Of a DNA stretch of 64,000 nt, positions 36,733-46,815 are shown in pieces; position 1 is the stretch's first letter, and each line of letters begins with the position of its first letter. The translations under genes were made by a program, and so were the position numbers. The notes under the pieces are model-generated. The model searched no databases, was not told the DNA's origin, and saw only the letters and a program-made list of their open reading frames with translations. The stretch is taken from contig CAZYPZ010000023.1 of assembly GCA_964650005.1 (NCBI GenBank), forward strand, positions 6,288 to 70,287, given 5' to 3'. Source of the DNA: an uncultured bacterium. GTDB lineage: Bacteria > Armatimonadota > HRBIN16.

Positions 36733-37518
36733 TTACTTGGGCGCTTTGTTGATATCCACCTCGACCGATGACGCGGAACCGGTGACGGTCTTGATCTCCT
36801 GACGCGCCCGGATGATCCGGTTGCGGGTCAACGGGTGGGTGCGCAGGTTCGCGCTGACCAGGTCGGCGCTCTCCTTGTTGTCTTTCATATTCAGCAACTT
36901 ATCGAAGAACTCGATCAGCCCTTCGGGGTTGTAGCCGGCAGCGTGTGTGTAACGGATCGATTTGGCGTCCGCCTCATATTCATCGTCCCGGCTGTATTTG
37001 AGCATCACCAGCTCGCTGGCGATCATCGCGATGTCCTGTGTGGACCCTTTGGTGAACGCGGCGATCAACGTGCCGACTGCCATCTGGCTGGACATCTGTT
37101 TCACACCGTGCCGGGCTACGACATGTCCCATCTCATGCGCCAGTACGCCGGCGAGCATGTCTTCGTTGCCCTTGGCCTCGGCCATCAGCCCCTCGAATAC
37201 GTACACCGGACCTCCCGGCAGTGCGAACGCGTTGACATCCTTGGACTTGAGCAGTTTGAACGTGAATGGATAGTCCGGCGCCTTTTTACCCTCGGCCTTT
37301 TTCATGCCGGCTACCAACCGATTGCCGATCCGCTCGATCAGGCGCGCTTCATCGGTATCCGTAATCACTTTGTATTTCTTCTCGTACTCGGCCGCTACGT
37401 CCTTGCCAATCTGGATCTCTTCACTGGGGGAGATCATGCTGAAGTTTCGGCATCCCGTGGTGGTCAGCGTCAGTGCGGCCAGCAGAACACCTGCCGCGAT
37501 GTATGCATATCGGTTCAT
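36733..37518 (-). CDS. M48 family zinc metallopeptidase (lipoprotein)
   Basis: HEMGHVVARH zinc-binding motif and an LTLTTTGC lipobox. Confidence 0.8.
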   Translation of the reverse strand: MNRYAYIAAGVLLAALTLTTTGCRNFSMISPSEEIQIGKDVAAEYEKKYKVITDTDEARLIERIGNRLVAGMKKAEGKKAPDYPFTFKLLKSKDVNAFALPGGPVYVFEGLMAEAKGNEDMLAGVLAHEMGHVVARHGVKQMSSQMAVGTLIAAFTKGSTQDIAMIASELVMLKYSRDDEYEADAKSIRYTHAAGYNPEGLIEFFDKLLNMKDNKESADLVSANLRTHPLTRNRIIRARQEIKTVTGSASSVEVDINKAPK

Positions 37519-37922
37519 GGTTTCCCTCCCTGGCGCGCCGGCGCTGCGCCGCTGTTCTGGTTGATCAGGCCATCGATGGTGTCGCGAAGCTGCTTCAGCA
37601 CCCCGCTGCCCGTGCGCGTGGCTTCAGCGCCGACATCCCGCGCGGTTTCACTTAGAGCGCGTTTCGCGCCGTCGATGTCGCCGCGCTTCAGCATCTCGAG
37701 CGCTTTCGACGCCGCGTCGAGCGAGCCGGTGGAGGACTTACCCGTGTTCACCGGCTTGCCGGCGCGCAACGCCTGCACCTGTGCCTCCAATGTTTGGACG
37801 CGGGCGCTCAATGTGTCGATACGCGTCTGCATCGCCGATACGCGTTGCGCTGTGGACCAGGCGTACCATCCGAGCGCGAGAACCAGTATAAGCAGAAGCA
37901 GTCTACTCATGTCCTTCCCCAT
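37515..37922 (-). CDS. Membrane-anchored coiled-coil protein (135 aa)
   Basis: N-terminal TM helix and a coiled-coil region. ATGA overlap with the downstream peptidase gene. Confidence 0.5.
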   Translation of the reverse strand: MGKDMSRLLLLILVLALGWYAWSTAQRVSAMQTRIDTLSARVQTLEAQVQALRAGKPVNTGKSSTGSLDAASKALEMLKRGDIDGAKRALSETARDVGAEATRTGSGVLKQLRDTIDGLINQNSGAAPARQGGKP

Positions 37923-38967
37923 GTGCGAGCCGTTGAAAGGTGCGGCTGATGTGACACTCTGAGTGTACCTTGAGTCTCCAGACCGGACTGAGCCAGATCG
38001 GATGGGCGGACGCTAACCGAACGTGCATGCGTGATCGGGCATTCCAACGGTACTTGTAGGGCTCTGCGCCACGCAGGAAGTCAAACAACGCGCACCCCTC
38101 GGTGATCGCTACCCGGATGGCCTCACCGGTCAGCACGGTTCCCAGGCCGTACCGGCTTAACTGCGTATCGAATCCGCTGAGATAGTAGTGGGCGTCTCCG
38201 CCTGTATGGAACACATACAGCACGGCTTTGATCTCCTCTGAGACCCACAGCAGATGCAGCCGCAGCCATCCGGCCGTTAACGCGTGTGCAGCCCATTCAC
38301 GATGAAAGTTGCGCACCTGGGGCGACGCGAAGCCGCCGGGCATCCAGCGCTGGCGCCAGCGGGTGTTATGCAGATGAAAAAGCGCCTCCATACCCGCTGG
38401 GAGTGACTCGTGCGTCGCCAATTCCAGCCGAACCGAACCGAAATCTCTTTCCAACAGACGTTTGCCGTATCCGATGTTGTACCGCAGTTTCTTACCTATC
38501 GAGGCGGTAAACGCCGTCCATTCGGCGGGCAACACCGTGAAGGGACAGACATCCTGATCTACGCTGATCATCCCGCCCGACCGGGCGGCGGTGGCGAGCG
38601 GCGAGTCGGCAAGAACCTGGTGCAAATCGAGCGAGTACCGCTCTGTCAGCGTAAGGAACGTGTCCGCTGCGTCTTTCGCGACGGCGGAATGCGCAATCCA
38701 GCCGGGCCGATCGGCCATTCCGGTGCTCATCCAGCGGAGGCAGGACCCGAACGGTGTGATCGCCCGGTACAGTGGAGCGATAGCACAGATCTCTCCATCC
38801 TGTTCGATCGAACACACCATGGCGCGGCGTCTGCCGCCGAAGTGTCGCCACCAGGTGGTGTTCCATTCCCATGTCTGAAATGGAGAAACTCCCGGCATCT
38901 GCTGGAGGCGTCTCCAGGACGCCTCCAGTGAGTCTGCCCAATCCTGACCGTGGAGTACCAGTTTCAC
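37903..38967 (-). CDS. FemAB/CelD-like GNAT-fold acetyltransferase family protein (BioF2-like)
   Basis: MPGVSPFQTWEWNTTWWRHFG N-terminal signature of the CelD/BioF2-like Acetyltransf_6 family. GTGA overlap with hflX. Confidence 0.6.
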   Translation of the reverse strand: MKLVLHGQDWADSLEASWRRLQQMPGVSPFQTWEWNTTWWRHFGGRRRAMVCSIEQDGEICAIAPLYRAITPFGSCLRWMSTGMADRPGWIAHSAVAKDAADTFLTLTERYSLDLHQVLADSPLATAARSGGMISVDQDVCPFTVLPAEWTAFTASIGKKLRYNIGYGKRLLERDFGSVRLELATHESLPAGMEALFHLHNTRWRQRWMPGGFASPQVRNFHREWAAHALTAGWLRLHLLWVSEEIKAVLYVFHTGGDAHYYLSGFDTQLSRYGLGTVLTGEAIRVAITEGCALFDFLRGAEPYKYRWNARSRMHVRLASAHPIWLSPVWRLKVHSECHISRTFQRLAHGEGHE

Positions 38968-40283
38968 GTCAGGCCGTTCTGAACGGTGGCGCCGTAACGC
39001 GCCTGCAGCATACCGGCCAGATCGGGTGTCACATCCGCAGAAAGAAGGATCCCGTCTGCACGATATTCCATCTCGTGTACGCGTCCCTGCTCATGACACT
39101 GGTTGAGAACAGCGCCGCTGTCGTAGGGCAGCAAGACTTCGACCCGTCGCAACATACCGTGCAACAGGTGTACAATCCGATCGATCAGGTCGTCCAGCCC
39201 TTCGCCAGTCTGGGCCGAAATCGCCACCGTGTCGGGTGTGTCCGCTACCAGCCGGGTCAACAGTGGCCGGTCATGGACGCGGTCGATCTTGTTGTATGCG
39301 GTTATCACCGGTTTCGAGCCTGCCTGGAGCTGTTCCAGCACTTCGAGCACCGCGTCATGCTGGATCTCGAACTCCGGATTCGACACATCGACCACATGGA
39401 TCAGAAAATCGGCGTCGGTGACCTCCTCCAGCGTGGCATGGAACGCCGCCACCAGGTGATGGGGCAGATTGCGAATGAATCCAACCGTATCGCTCAGCAG
39501 TATGCCCCAGCCGTCAGGAAGCGCAACTTTGCGGGTGGTGGGGTCAAGTGTGGCAAACAGCATGGGGTCCGCCAGGACGTTGCTGCCGGTCAGCCGGTTC
39601 AGCAGGGTGCTTTTCCCTGCGCTGGTATATCCCACGAGCGAGCCCATCGGCCACGGCAGCCGTTTACGCCCGGCGCGCTGCAGCGCCCGTTGTTTGCGTA
39701 CCTCTTCGATCTCGCGCCGGAGATCATTGATGCGGTCGCGGACTTTACGCCGATCCGCCTCGATCTTGGTCTCGCCGGCTCCACCGCGCACGCCGATCCC
39801 GCCCTGTTGTTGCTCGAACTGGGTGTAGACCGACATCAGGCGGGGCATGGAGTAACTGAGCTGAGCCAGCTCCACCTGCAGTTTACCTTCGCGGGTGCGC
39901 GCGCGTTGGGCGAAGATATCCAGGATGAGCTGCGTGCGGTCCATGACCCGCCGCTCCCACATCTTTTCCAGATTGCGTTGCTGGATCGCGCTGAGCTCGT
40001 CATCGAAGATGACCACCTGTGCGCCGGCATCGAGTATCTGAGGCAACAGCTCTTCCGCCTTTCCGCTGCCGATACAAGTGGCGGTGTCATAGCGACCTTT
40101 TCGCCGCTGTCGGGCCATGCCTGACGGCACGTACCCTGCGGTCTGACACAGTTCGGCCAGTTCGGCCTCTACATAATCGTCCAAGGCGTCGTCATCGTTC
40201 AGAAACACCAGGAACGCGTGAACATCCTGTTGAACCGGTCTGGGGCGCGCCAAGATCTCCCCGATATCAGGGGTGCGTGACAT
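38964..40283 (-). CDS. hflX: GTPase HflX
   Basis: HflX N-terminal domain plus G domain VGYTSAGKSTLLNRLTG. GGAAGGAG RBS. Confidence 0.9.
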   Translation of the reverse strand: MSRTPDIGEILARPRPVQQDVHAFLVFLNDDDALDDYVEAELAELCQTAGYVPSGMARQRRKGRYDTATCIGSGKAEELLPQILDAGAQVVIFDDELSAIQQRNLEKMWERRVMDRTQLILDIFAQRARTREGKLQVELAQLSYSMPRLMSVYTQFEQQQGGIGVRGGAGETKIEADRRKVRDRINDLRREIEEVRKQRALQRAGRKRLPWPMGSLVGYTSAGKSTLLNRLTGSNVLADPMLFATLDPTTRKVALPDGWGILLSDTVGFIRNLPHHLVAAFHATLEEVTDADFLIHVVDVSNPEFEIQHDAVLEVLEQLQAGSKPVITAYNKIDRVHDRPLLTRLVADTPDTVAISAQTGEGLDDLIDRIVHLLHGMLRRVEVLLPYDSGAVLNQCHEQGRVHEMEYRADGILLSADVTPDLAGMLQARYGATVQNGLT

Positions 40284-40374
40284 GCGTGACTCCTTCCAAA
40301 CACGTGGAGCGAACCGGTACGGCTCGCCCCAAGTCCTTCTGCTTTGTGTATGGCCGCGCGTTCCGCGCGGGGTG

Positions 40375-41544
40375 TCAGCTGAAGTGCATCCGCATGCGTT
40401 CCACCGCCTCGGCGACTCGTTCGCCGTTCTGATCGCCTGCCACTGTTACCGAGAAGCGAACATACCCGTCTCCGTGCTGTCCATAACCGATGCCGGGAAT
40501 AGCCAGGATGCCGGCATCCATCAATCGGCTGGCGAAGGTGATGCTGTCCATTCCTTGCGGAGTGGGGCACCAGACATAGAACGTCGCCTGGGGCGTGGCC
40601 ACGTCGAAGCCCAGTGATCGCAGGCCGTTGCACAGGATGTTCAGACGCTTCTCGTACAACGCAAATGTGGCTGAGTTGTCAGCGTGAGACAGCGCCCAGG
40701 CCGCCGTGCGCGACAGTGCGGCAAACTGTTTGCTGTCCACGAAGCTTTTCATCTTATTGAGATTGGCTATCGCATCCGCAGCGCCGGCGGCGAATCCCAC
40801 GCGCCATCCGGTCATGTTGAACATCTTGGACAGCGAGTTGAATTCGATGGTCCGCTCGCGGGCGCCTTCAATCTGAAGCAGGCTGGGATGCCTGTAGCCG
40901 CCATAACAGACTTGAGAGTAGGCTGCATCGTTCACGATCAGCAGATCATACTGGCGGGCGAACGCCACCGCGTCCTGATAGAACGCTTCGGTGGCCACGG
41001 CGCCCGTCGGGTTGTTCGGATAGTTCAGCCACAACAGTTTGGCGCGCGCGGCGATATCGCTGGGGATCGCGCTCAGATCGGGTAAGAAACCGTTTTCTTT
41101 CAGCAACGGCATGCGGTAGACATCGCCGCCCGCCATGCGCGTGTTGATCTCGTATACGGTGTAAGCGGGATCCGGCACCAGCGACAGGTCACCCTCTTCT
41201 ATGTAGGCCCATGCCAGATGGGCCAATCCCTCTTTGGAGCCGATCAAAAGCAGCGCTTCGCTGGCAGGATCGATCGTGACACCATAGAGGCGCTGATACC
41301 ACTCCGCCACCGCCTGCATCAGCGCAGGGTCTCCCTGCGGCGTCTCGTCATAACGGTGTGTGTCGGGTTGCTGTGCGAAACGCGCCAACGCATCGATGAT
41401 CGGCTGGGGTGTCGGCTGATCCGGGTCGCCAATGCCGAAATCGATCAGGTCACGTCCCTGGGCCAGTGCGGCGGCTTTCTGTTTTGCAATCTCGCCAAAC
41501 AGATAGGGAGGTGTCTTGTCCAGTCGTGCGGCTCGATTCGGCAT
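40375..41544 (-). CDS. dapL: LL-diaminopimelate aminotransferase-like class I aminotransferase
   Basis: LIDFGIGDPDQPTP motif and PLP-lysine region SKMFNMTGWRVG. Start moved to MPNRAARLD behind AGGAG. dapF is nearby. Confidence 0.7.
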   Translation of the reverse strand: MPNRAARLDKTPPYLFGEIAKQKAAALAQGRDLIDFGIGDPDQPTPQPIIDALARFAQQPDTHRYDETPQGDPALMQAVAEWYQRLYGVTIDPASEALLLIGSKEGLAHLAWAYIEEGDLSLVPDPAYTVYEINTRMAGGDVYRMPLLKENGFLPDLSAIPSDIAARAKLLWLNYPNNPTGAVATEAFYQDAVAFARQYDLLIVNDAAYSQVCYGGYRHPSLLQIEGARERTIEFNSLSKMFNMTGWRVGFAAGAADAIANLNKMKSFVDSKQFAALSRTAAWALSHADNSATFALYEKRLNILCNGLRSLGFDVATPQATFYVWCPTPQGMDSITFASRLMDAGILAIPGIGYGQHGDGYVRFSVTVAGDQNGERVAEAVERMRMHFS

Positions 41545-41581
41545 GCTCAGGCTCCTGCGTCGATGATCTGTGTGTCCAAGT

Positions 41582-43579
41582 TTATAGTGTAACAAATGTT
41601 GGGGCTGTTTCGTCGGTGTGTGTCGGCACGGACTGCTGACTCTCGACGATCATCTGGCTCATATGGCCGATGCCCACGCCGCGCGGCAGACGAATGCACT
41701 GGATGCCTTCCTGTTCGCAATAGCCGGGTATCGCTTTGGACCAATGGGTGCGACAGCCTCGGACATCCACAACCACCAGGTCGTGCCCGGCCACCAGTTG
41801 CTTGATATCTGTGGAGTTGTCATGGGAGTCCAGATCAGGCCAGTCCACTTCCGCAAATCCCAAGCGCTCCTTCAGGCGGTCCGGGCGCTCATGGTTGCGA
41901 TGAAATGAGATAACGAGCATCCGTTTCCCTTCGCACAGAGTTTTCGCTCTGGACTCATAAACCGATTTGGGCAGTGGGCGATGTCCATTGTGGAACTGAC
42001 GTCTCGCCTCGTCTTGAATGGCCTTGATAATGTCACAGATGTATTTGCGCACATTCGCTTCCGTCAGGTTCATGCCTTCGCACCACTCTGGAGCCACTTT
42101 GGGATTGGTGAGTTGGGTGGCGCAATCGGCGAGTATTTCTCGGAGCTCCTTGTGGGTGCTCGGGATGTTCAGCGCTTTGCATCGGATCAGGGCCTTGATG
42201 AGATTCTCTGTGGCGTCAGGCACTTGATATTCCAAATCGATCGCGTACTGTGCGACCGTATCCAGCGCATGGTCCACTTTTTCCGCCTTGTTGGACTCGC
42301 TCAACAAGAGTTTGCATTCTGCGTGGAGACGCTCTTCCACATCTCTGACCTCGGGCGAGCGCACTTCTCGATGCATCGCGGGCGCTTTGACCGCCCGGCT
42401 GATCTCTTCCCAAACCGCAATCCAATCGCTCAACGCCGGGTAAGGTATCTGCTGGTCCAGCGGCACAATCGCATTCAGAAGCACCTGCACGTAAGCGGTC
42501 AGGCGCTTCATCGACGCTGTATCCACCGTCCCCGCCCGGTAGGCGTTGATCCACTGATCGAGTTGTTTTCTGTGCGCCAGCAGCGTCATTGTTGCCCTGC
42601 GGGCATGTTCCGCGTCCACGCCATGGGGGATAGTTGGCATGTCCGGCAGGCCGTTAGCGAGCGTCACGTGGGTGTACTTCTCGAGCAGCGATGTGTCCAG
42701 ATGCTCTTGCCGGTGTGCACGCGTCAACAGCGCTTTACGGAAGTGCAACCCGAATCCGACGGAAAGCACGCTCAATGCCCAATCGATCGGTTCCATTTCG
42801 TGGGATTCAATGTAATCCCATTCCTTCCACAATTTGTCGTACAGCTGTTTCGCCGCCTGACAGTCACGCTTTTGGGATTCATTGGTCAATCCGTTACAGT
42901 CTTGATCCTTGTGCGGCCCCACCTGCCTTGACGTTGTATTGCTGCCGTCAAATGGATCCTTTATCTTTGATGTCTCTGGTTGTTGTTCGATGGCCGGTGG
43001 AGATTTTGTTTCGGTTGTTTTTTGCCCTGAAGAGATAGTTGTTGTATCGGATACCTGTGAGCTGTCATCTGGTTCTGACGATTCGACTCCAAGTTTATCC
43101 CACGAAGGCGCAACGGTTGATGAGGTGGCGTCTTCGGTTATCGACTGGACATCCGTCTGCGGTTCCTGTGTTTGCGTCGCTTTCGTATCGGACGTTTCGT
43201 AAGGGGCCTTGGTATTAGGCCGCTTGCGCAGCGGATACCATCCGTCGGCGATGTGCTGGGACACGCGTGCGAGTGCTGCATGCCAGACGCCGTTGGCGGA
43301 TGACGAGAGCGGTTCCGCGTGAGACAGCAAGCGATCGAGGTCCTCGAGCCGTCTGTTGGCCGAGAAGAGAAAGGGTGCGCTGTCATCGGGACGGTCGCTG
43401 AGCTGGCTGAGAGCGAGAGTGATCGGTTCCAATGCCAGGTAGAAGCAACACGTGGTATCAATGTCGTTGCAGTGTGTGAGTAATGAGATGAGACGGGACT
43501 GGATAGACTCTAAGCGGTTGACCAAATCATCCGGTGTTTCATTGGTTAGAGATACGGTCACGATGGTCCTCCGGCACAA
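41582..43579 (-). CDS. Hypothetical protein (665 aa) with acidic Ser/Thr-rich disordered middle and conserved C-terminal domain; compositionally atypical (low GC)
   Basis: Long ORF. The central region 42900..43200 is roughly 48-50% GC against a roughly 65% background. The C-terminal ...VVVDVRGCRTHWSKAIPGYCEQEGIQCIRLP... is a DUF-like domain. Confidence 0.6.
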   Translation of the reverse strand: MCRRTIVTVSLTNETPDDLVNRLESIQSRLISLLTHCNDIDTTCCFYLALEPITLALSQLSDRPDDSAPFLFSANRRLEDLDRLLSHAEPLSSSANGVWHAALARVSQHIADGWYPLRKRPNTKAPYETSDTKATQTQEPQTDVQSITEDATSSTVAPSWDKLGVESSEPDDSSQVSDTTTISSGQKTTETKSPPAIEQQPETSKIKDPFDGSNTTSRQVGPHKDQDCNGLTNESQKRDCQAAKQLYDKLWKEWDYIESHEMEPIDWALSVLSVGFGLHFRKALLTRAHRQEHLDTSLLEKYTHVTLANGLPDMPTIPHGVDAEHARRATMTLLAHRKQLDQWINAYRAGTVDTASMKRLTAYVQVLLNAIVPLDQQIPYPALSDWIAVWEEISRAVKAPAMHREVRSPEVRDVEERLHAECKLLLSESNKAEKVDHALDTVAQYAIDLEYQVPDATENLIKALIRCKALNIPSTHKELREILADCATQLTNPKVAPEWCEGMNLTEANVRKYICDIIKAIQDEARRQFHNGHRPLPKSVYESRAKTLCEGKRMLVISFHRNHERPDRLKERLGFAEVDWPDLDSHDNSTDIKQLVAGHDLVVVDVRGCRTHWSKAIPGYCEQEGIQCIRLPRGVGIGHMSQMIVESQQSVPTHTDETAPTFVTL

Positions 43580-43683
43580 TCAGAATTGACAGAATTATAC
43601 CCTGAATGAACAACGGGCATGACGCCTGAGCGGCTGTCATGCCCGAAAACTGAGGCGTTTTGTGTTTCTACGATACCTGACGG

Positions 43684-44508
43684 TCAGTCGGGCCAGTCTC
43701 CCTGAAACACGGTGACCGCCGGACCGGTCATCAGCACGGGGCCGTCAACGCTCCAATCCAGCTGCAGATCGCCGCCGGGCAGATGCGCCAATACCGACCG
43801 ATCGCAACGTCCGTTGAGGTGGCACGCCACCGCGCTGGCACACGCTCCGGTGCCGCACGCCAGTGTAATACCGGCGCCGCGCTCCCATGTGCGCATGCGG
43901 ATCTCGTTGGGGCCAATTACCTGAACCACGTGCACGTTGGTTTTTCGCGGGAACACCGGATGGGTCTCCACCGCGGGACCTATAGTCTCCAGGTTGACCA
44001 AAGTGACATCGTCAACCAAGATGACCGCGTGCGGATTACCCATCGACACGCAGGTGATCGCCAGCGAACTGTTACCCAATGGAAGCTCCTGGCTGATGAC
44101 CGGCCCGTCTCCGGGAAGTGTGCAGGGGATGTCCGCCCGATCGAGTATCGGGGCGCCCATATTCACCTGAACATTCGGCCCCACAAACCGGATGTACTTG
44201 ATGCCGGCGGCGGTCTCCACGCGCATCTCGTCTCCATGAAACAGGCCGGTATCGACGGCATACCGGGCGAAACAGCGGATGCCGTTGCCGCACATCTCAG
44301 CCTCTGACCCGTCCGGGTTATACATGCGCATCCGTAAGTCTGCTGACTCCGAGGGCAGCACCTGAACGATACCATCCGCCCCGACTCCGAAGCGTCTGTC
44401 ACACATCGCCTGAGCCAGGGCCGGGAGTGCGTCCTCGTTCACAGGATGCTGTATCCCGTTCAGTATGATGAAGTCATTTCTTATACCGTGCATTTTGGTG
44501 AATTGCAT
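43684..44508 (-). CDS. dapF: Diaminopimelate epimerase
   Basis: MQFTKMHGIRNDFIILNG N-terminus and catalytic Cys motifs. Start at the ATG 44508 behind AAGGAGA; the track start is GTG. Confidence 0.9.
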   Translation of the reverse strand: MQFTKMHGIRNDFIILNGIQHPVNEDALPALAQAMCDRRFGVGADGIVQVLPSESADLRMRMYNPDGSEAEMCGNGIRCFARYAVDTGLFHGDEMRVETAAGIKYIRFVGPNVQVNMGAPILDRADIPCTLPGDGPVISQELPLGNSSLAITCVSMGNPHAVILVDDVTLVNLETIGPAVETHPVFPRKTNVHVVQVIGPNEIRMRTWERGAGITLACGTGACASAVACHLNGRCDRSVLAHLPGGDLQLDWSVDGPVLMTGPAVTVFQGDWPD

Positions 44509-44534
44509 CGATCTCTCCTTATGACAGGCCACTG

Positions 44535-45473
44535 TCAGACCGTACGCTTGAGCATTGCCTCGATGGAGGCGGCGGTGTCTGCCGGGTCAGGCTGTGCTTC
44601 GATCCACACCACGGCAGGGTCGGCGCGAAACCAGGTCAACTGGCGCTTGGCGAAGCGGCGCGTTTGTTGCTGTATGCGTGCGATGGCTTCGTCCAACGAC
44701 AAACCGCCCTTTAGCACCTGGGCGATTTCGCGGTAACCCAGCGAGCGCATGCCGGGCGCTGTTTCATTGTAGCCTGATGCCAGCAGACGTTCCACCTCCT
44801 CCAGCCATCCGGCTTCGATCATCTGACAGACCCGGCGATCGATGCGCGCATACAGCGCTTCACGTTCGACGTGCAGGCCAATGCGCAGGGAGGGCGTCAC
44901 GTCCGGATGAGGCGACGCTTTACGCGCCTGGGCGCAGGTCTGGCCGGTCAGCAGACAGATCTCCAGAGCGCGCAGGATGCGCACCGAGTCATTCGGGTGG
45001 GTGCGTGCGGCCTGTTCCGGATCCCGTCGCGCCAGCTCCGCGTGGAGAGCGGCTGCTCCCTCCCGACGCAGCCGCATGCGCAAGCTCTGACGCAGGGCGC
45101 CGCTTGGGTCTGTCGGCGGGATGATGAAACCGTCCAACAGCGCCCGGACATACAGCCCCGTACCGCCCACGATGAGCGGCTGACGTGAACGTGCCCGTAT
45201 CGACTGGATGCACGTCAGCGCGTGTTGTTGGAAATCGGCGACGGTGAACTGCTCGTCCGGGTTGACCATGTCGATGAGATGGACGGGTATTCCGCCTGCT
45301 TCCGCAACTGTGGGCTTGGCGGTGCCAATATTCATCCCCCGATATATCGCCATGGCGTCCGCCGATATCACTTCTCCATCGAGTCTGTGGGCCAGCGCGA
45401 ACCCGACAGCGCTCTTGCCGGACGCCGTCGCACCGCAGATACAGATGACCGGTTCTGCATGTCTCATAGCCAA
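44535..45473 (-). CDS. miaA: tRNA dimethylallyltransferase
   Basis: ICGATASGKSAVGFALA...VISADAMAIYRGMNIGTAKP. Confidence 0.9.
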   Translation of the reverse strand: MAMRHAEPVICICGATASGKSAVGFALAHRLDGEVISADAMAIYRGMNIGTAKPTVAEAGGIPVHLIDMVNPDEQFTVADFQQHALTCIQSIRARSRQPLIVGGTGLYVRALLDGFIIPPTDPSGALRQSLRMRLRREGAAALHAELARRDPEQAARTHPNDSVRILRALEICLLTGQTCAQARKASPHPDVTPSLRIGLHVEREALYARIDRRVCQMIEAGWLEEVERLLASGYNETAPGMRSLGYREIAQVLKGGLSLDEAIARIQQQTRRFAKRQLTWFRADPAVVWIEAQPDPADTAASIEAMLKRTV

Positions 45474-45513
45474 CAGGAGTGTACCGAAACAACCGCTGTG
45501 CGGTGCGACCTAC

Positions 45514-46815
45514 CTATCTGGCATGTGTCATCGATTCCAGCGGCGTACCGCGACGCAGCGTCCGGTAAAAACCCGGCAGCTCGGTTGCTCGACAGGCAGC
45601 GCACAGTGAAGCGGCCTGTTCACCGGTAAGCGGCAGTGGACCGGGCGCATTCTGCAGGTGTTGGTGAACGGTGAACGCAAAACAGGCAGGTTTGGGCAGG
45701 CCGATCATCCTGTTCATCGCGCTCCAGAGTTGCGATATATCTTCCTGCAGTACGTTCCCAAAGGCCATTGGAACGAAATCGCACGGGTAAAGGTCGCCAT
45801 TGCAGGCGATGTAACTGTGTTGAGTGCCGGCACCGCATCCGTACTGCTGCGGTGATTCGGTCCATGCGAATGAGGTGACCCTTGGCATATCGGTCTGTCG
45901 GTTTGCCTGATGCTGGAACGCGATCAGGCGCTGGCGATCTTCGGGGGTTAGGAAGCTCGATTCGGCATGGGCTGCACGCAATGCGCCGCTGGGGATTGGC
46001 TCCAACAGGCGCACTTCGCGCGCCCCGTGATCACGCGCCAGCCGACAGATAGCCTCCAGGCGTGTCTCATCGAGGTCACCGGGCATCACCACGCATTGAG
46101 CCATGACATGCAGACCGGCGCGTGCGGCGTGTTCCATGGCCTGCAGGGCACATGCATGCGAGCCGGGTGCGCCTCGGCGGGCATCGTGTTCTTCGGCTGT
46201 CGGCGAGTCAAGGCTGACTCCCAAACCGAACAGCCCGGAATCGGCCAATGATCGGGCCCGCTCGCCGGTCACGTGACGCCCATTGGTAAACACATAACTG
46301 ACAGACCGGTCATCAATGGCTTGTATGATCCGCTCCAGATCGTCGCGCAACAGCGGTTCGCCGCCGGTCAATCCAAATATGGAGACGCCCATCTGCTGCA
46401 GTTTGGCGATGATATGCGTCCATGCCTGCAGAGATAGCTCACCCTGTGAACGCCGATCGCGTGCGCTGCAGTGGACGCAGGAGCAGTCGCACCGGCCGGT
46501 GACCTCCAGAAACATCGAGATGGGCGCAGAACGTTGTGCTTTCAACTGCTGGGTAAACCGCTGGTCCGGTTGCGGGGTAGCCGCCAGATGCTGTAAAAAG
46601 GCGCGCGATGGCACGGGCGGAAGAAACGAGCTGACCAGATACCCGCCGCGCACTCTCAGAATGCGTTCCTGGCGTCCGAGTCGCCAGGAGGCCAGCATCA
46701 GGCGGATGGGATTGTAACAGCGATCATTGCGGTACAAACGGTGGACCTGCCAAGCGAACCGCCAGCAGGCCGGGTCCAGCGCCATCTGTAAACGGGTCAA
46801 CCAATCGGTCCGCAT
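45514..46815 (-). CDS. Radical SAM protein with SPASM domain and roughly 100-aa N-terminal extension
   Basis: CDCSCVHC (CxxxCxxC), a GGEP-like LTGGEPLL motif, and a C-terminal Cys cluster CGAGTQHSYIACNGDLYPCDF. Confidence 0.8.
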   Translation of the reverse strand: MRTDWLTRLQMALDPACWRFAWQVHRLYRNDRCYNPIRLMLASWRLGRQERILRVRGGYLVSSFLPPVPSRAFLQHLAATPQPDQRFTQQLKAQRSAPISMFLEVTGRCDCSCVHCSARDRRSQGELSLQAWTHIIAKLQQMGVSIFGLTGGEPLLRDDLERIIQAIDDRSVSYVFTNGRHVTGERARSLADSGLFGLGVSLDSPTAEEHDARRGAPGSHACALQAMEHAARAGLHVMAQCVVMPGDLDETRLEAICRLARDHGAREVRLLEPIPSGALRAAHAESSFLTPEDRQRLIAFQHQANRQTDMPRVTSFAWTESPQQYGCGAGTQHSYIACNGDLYPCDFVPMAFGNVLQEDISQLWSAMNRMIGLPKPACFAFTVHQHLQNAPGPLPLTGEQAASLCAACRATELPGFYRTLRRGTPLESMTHAR

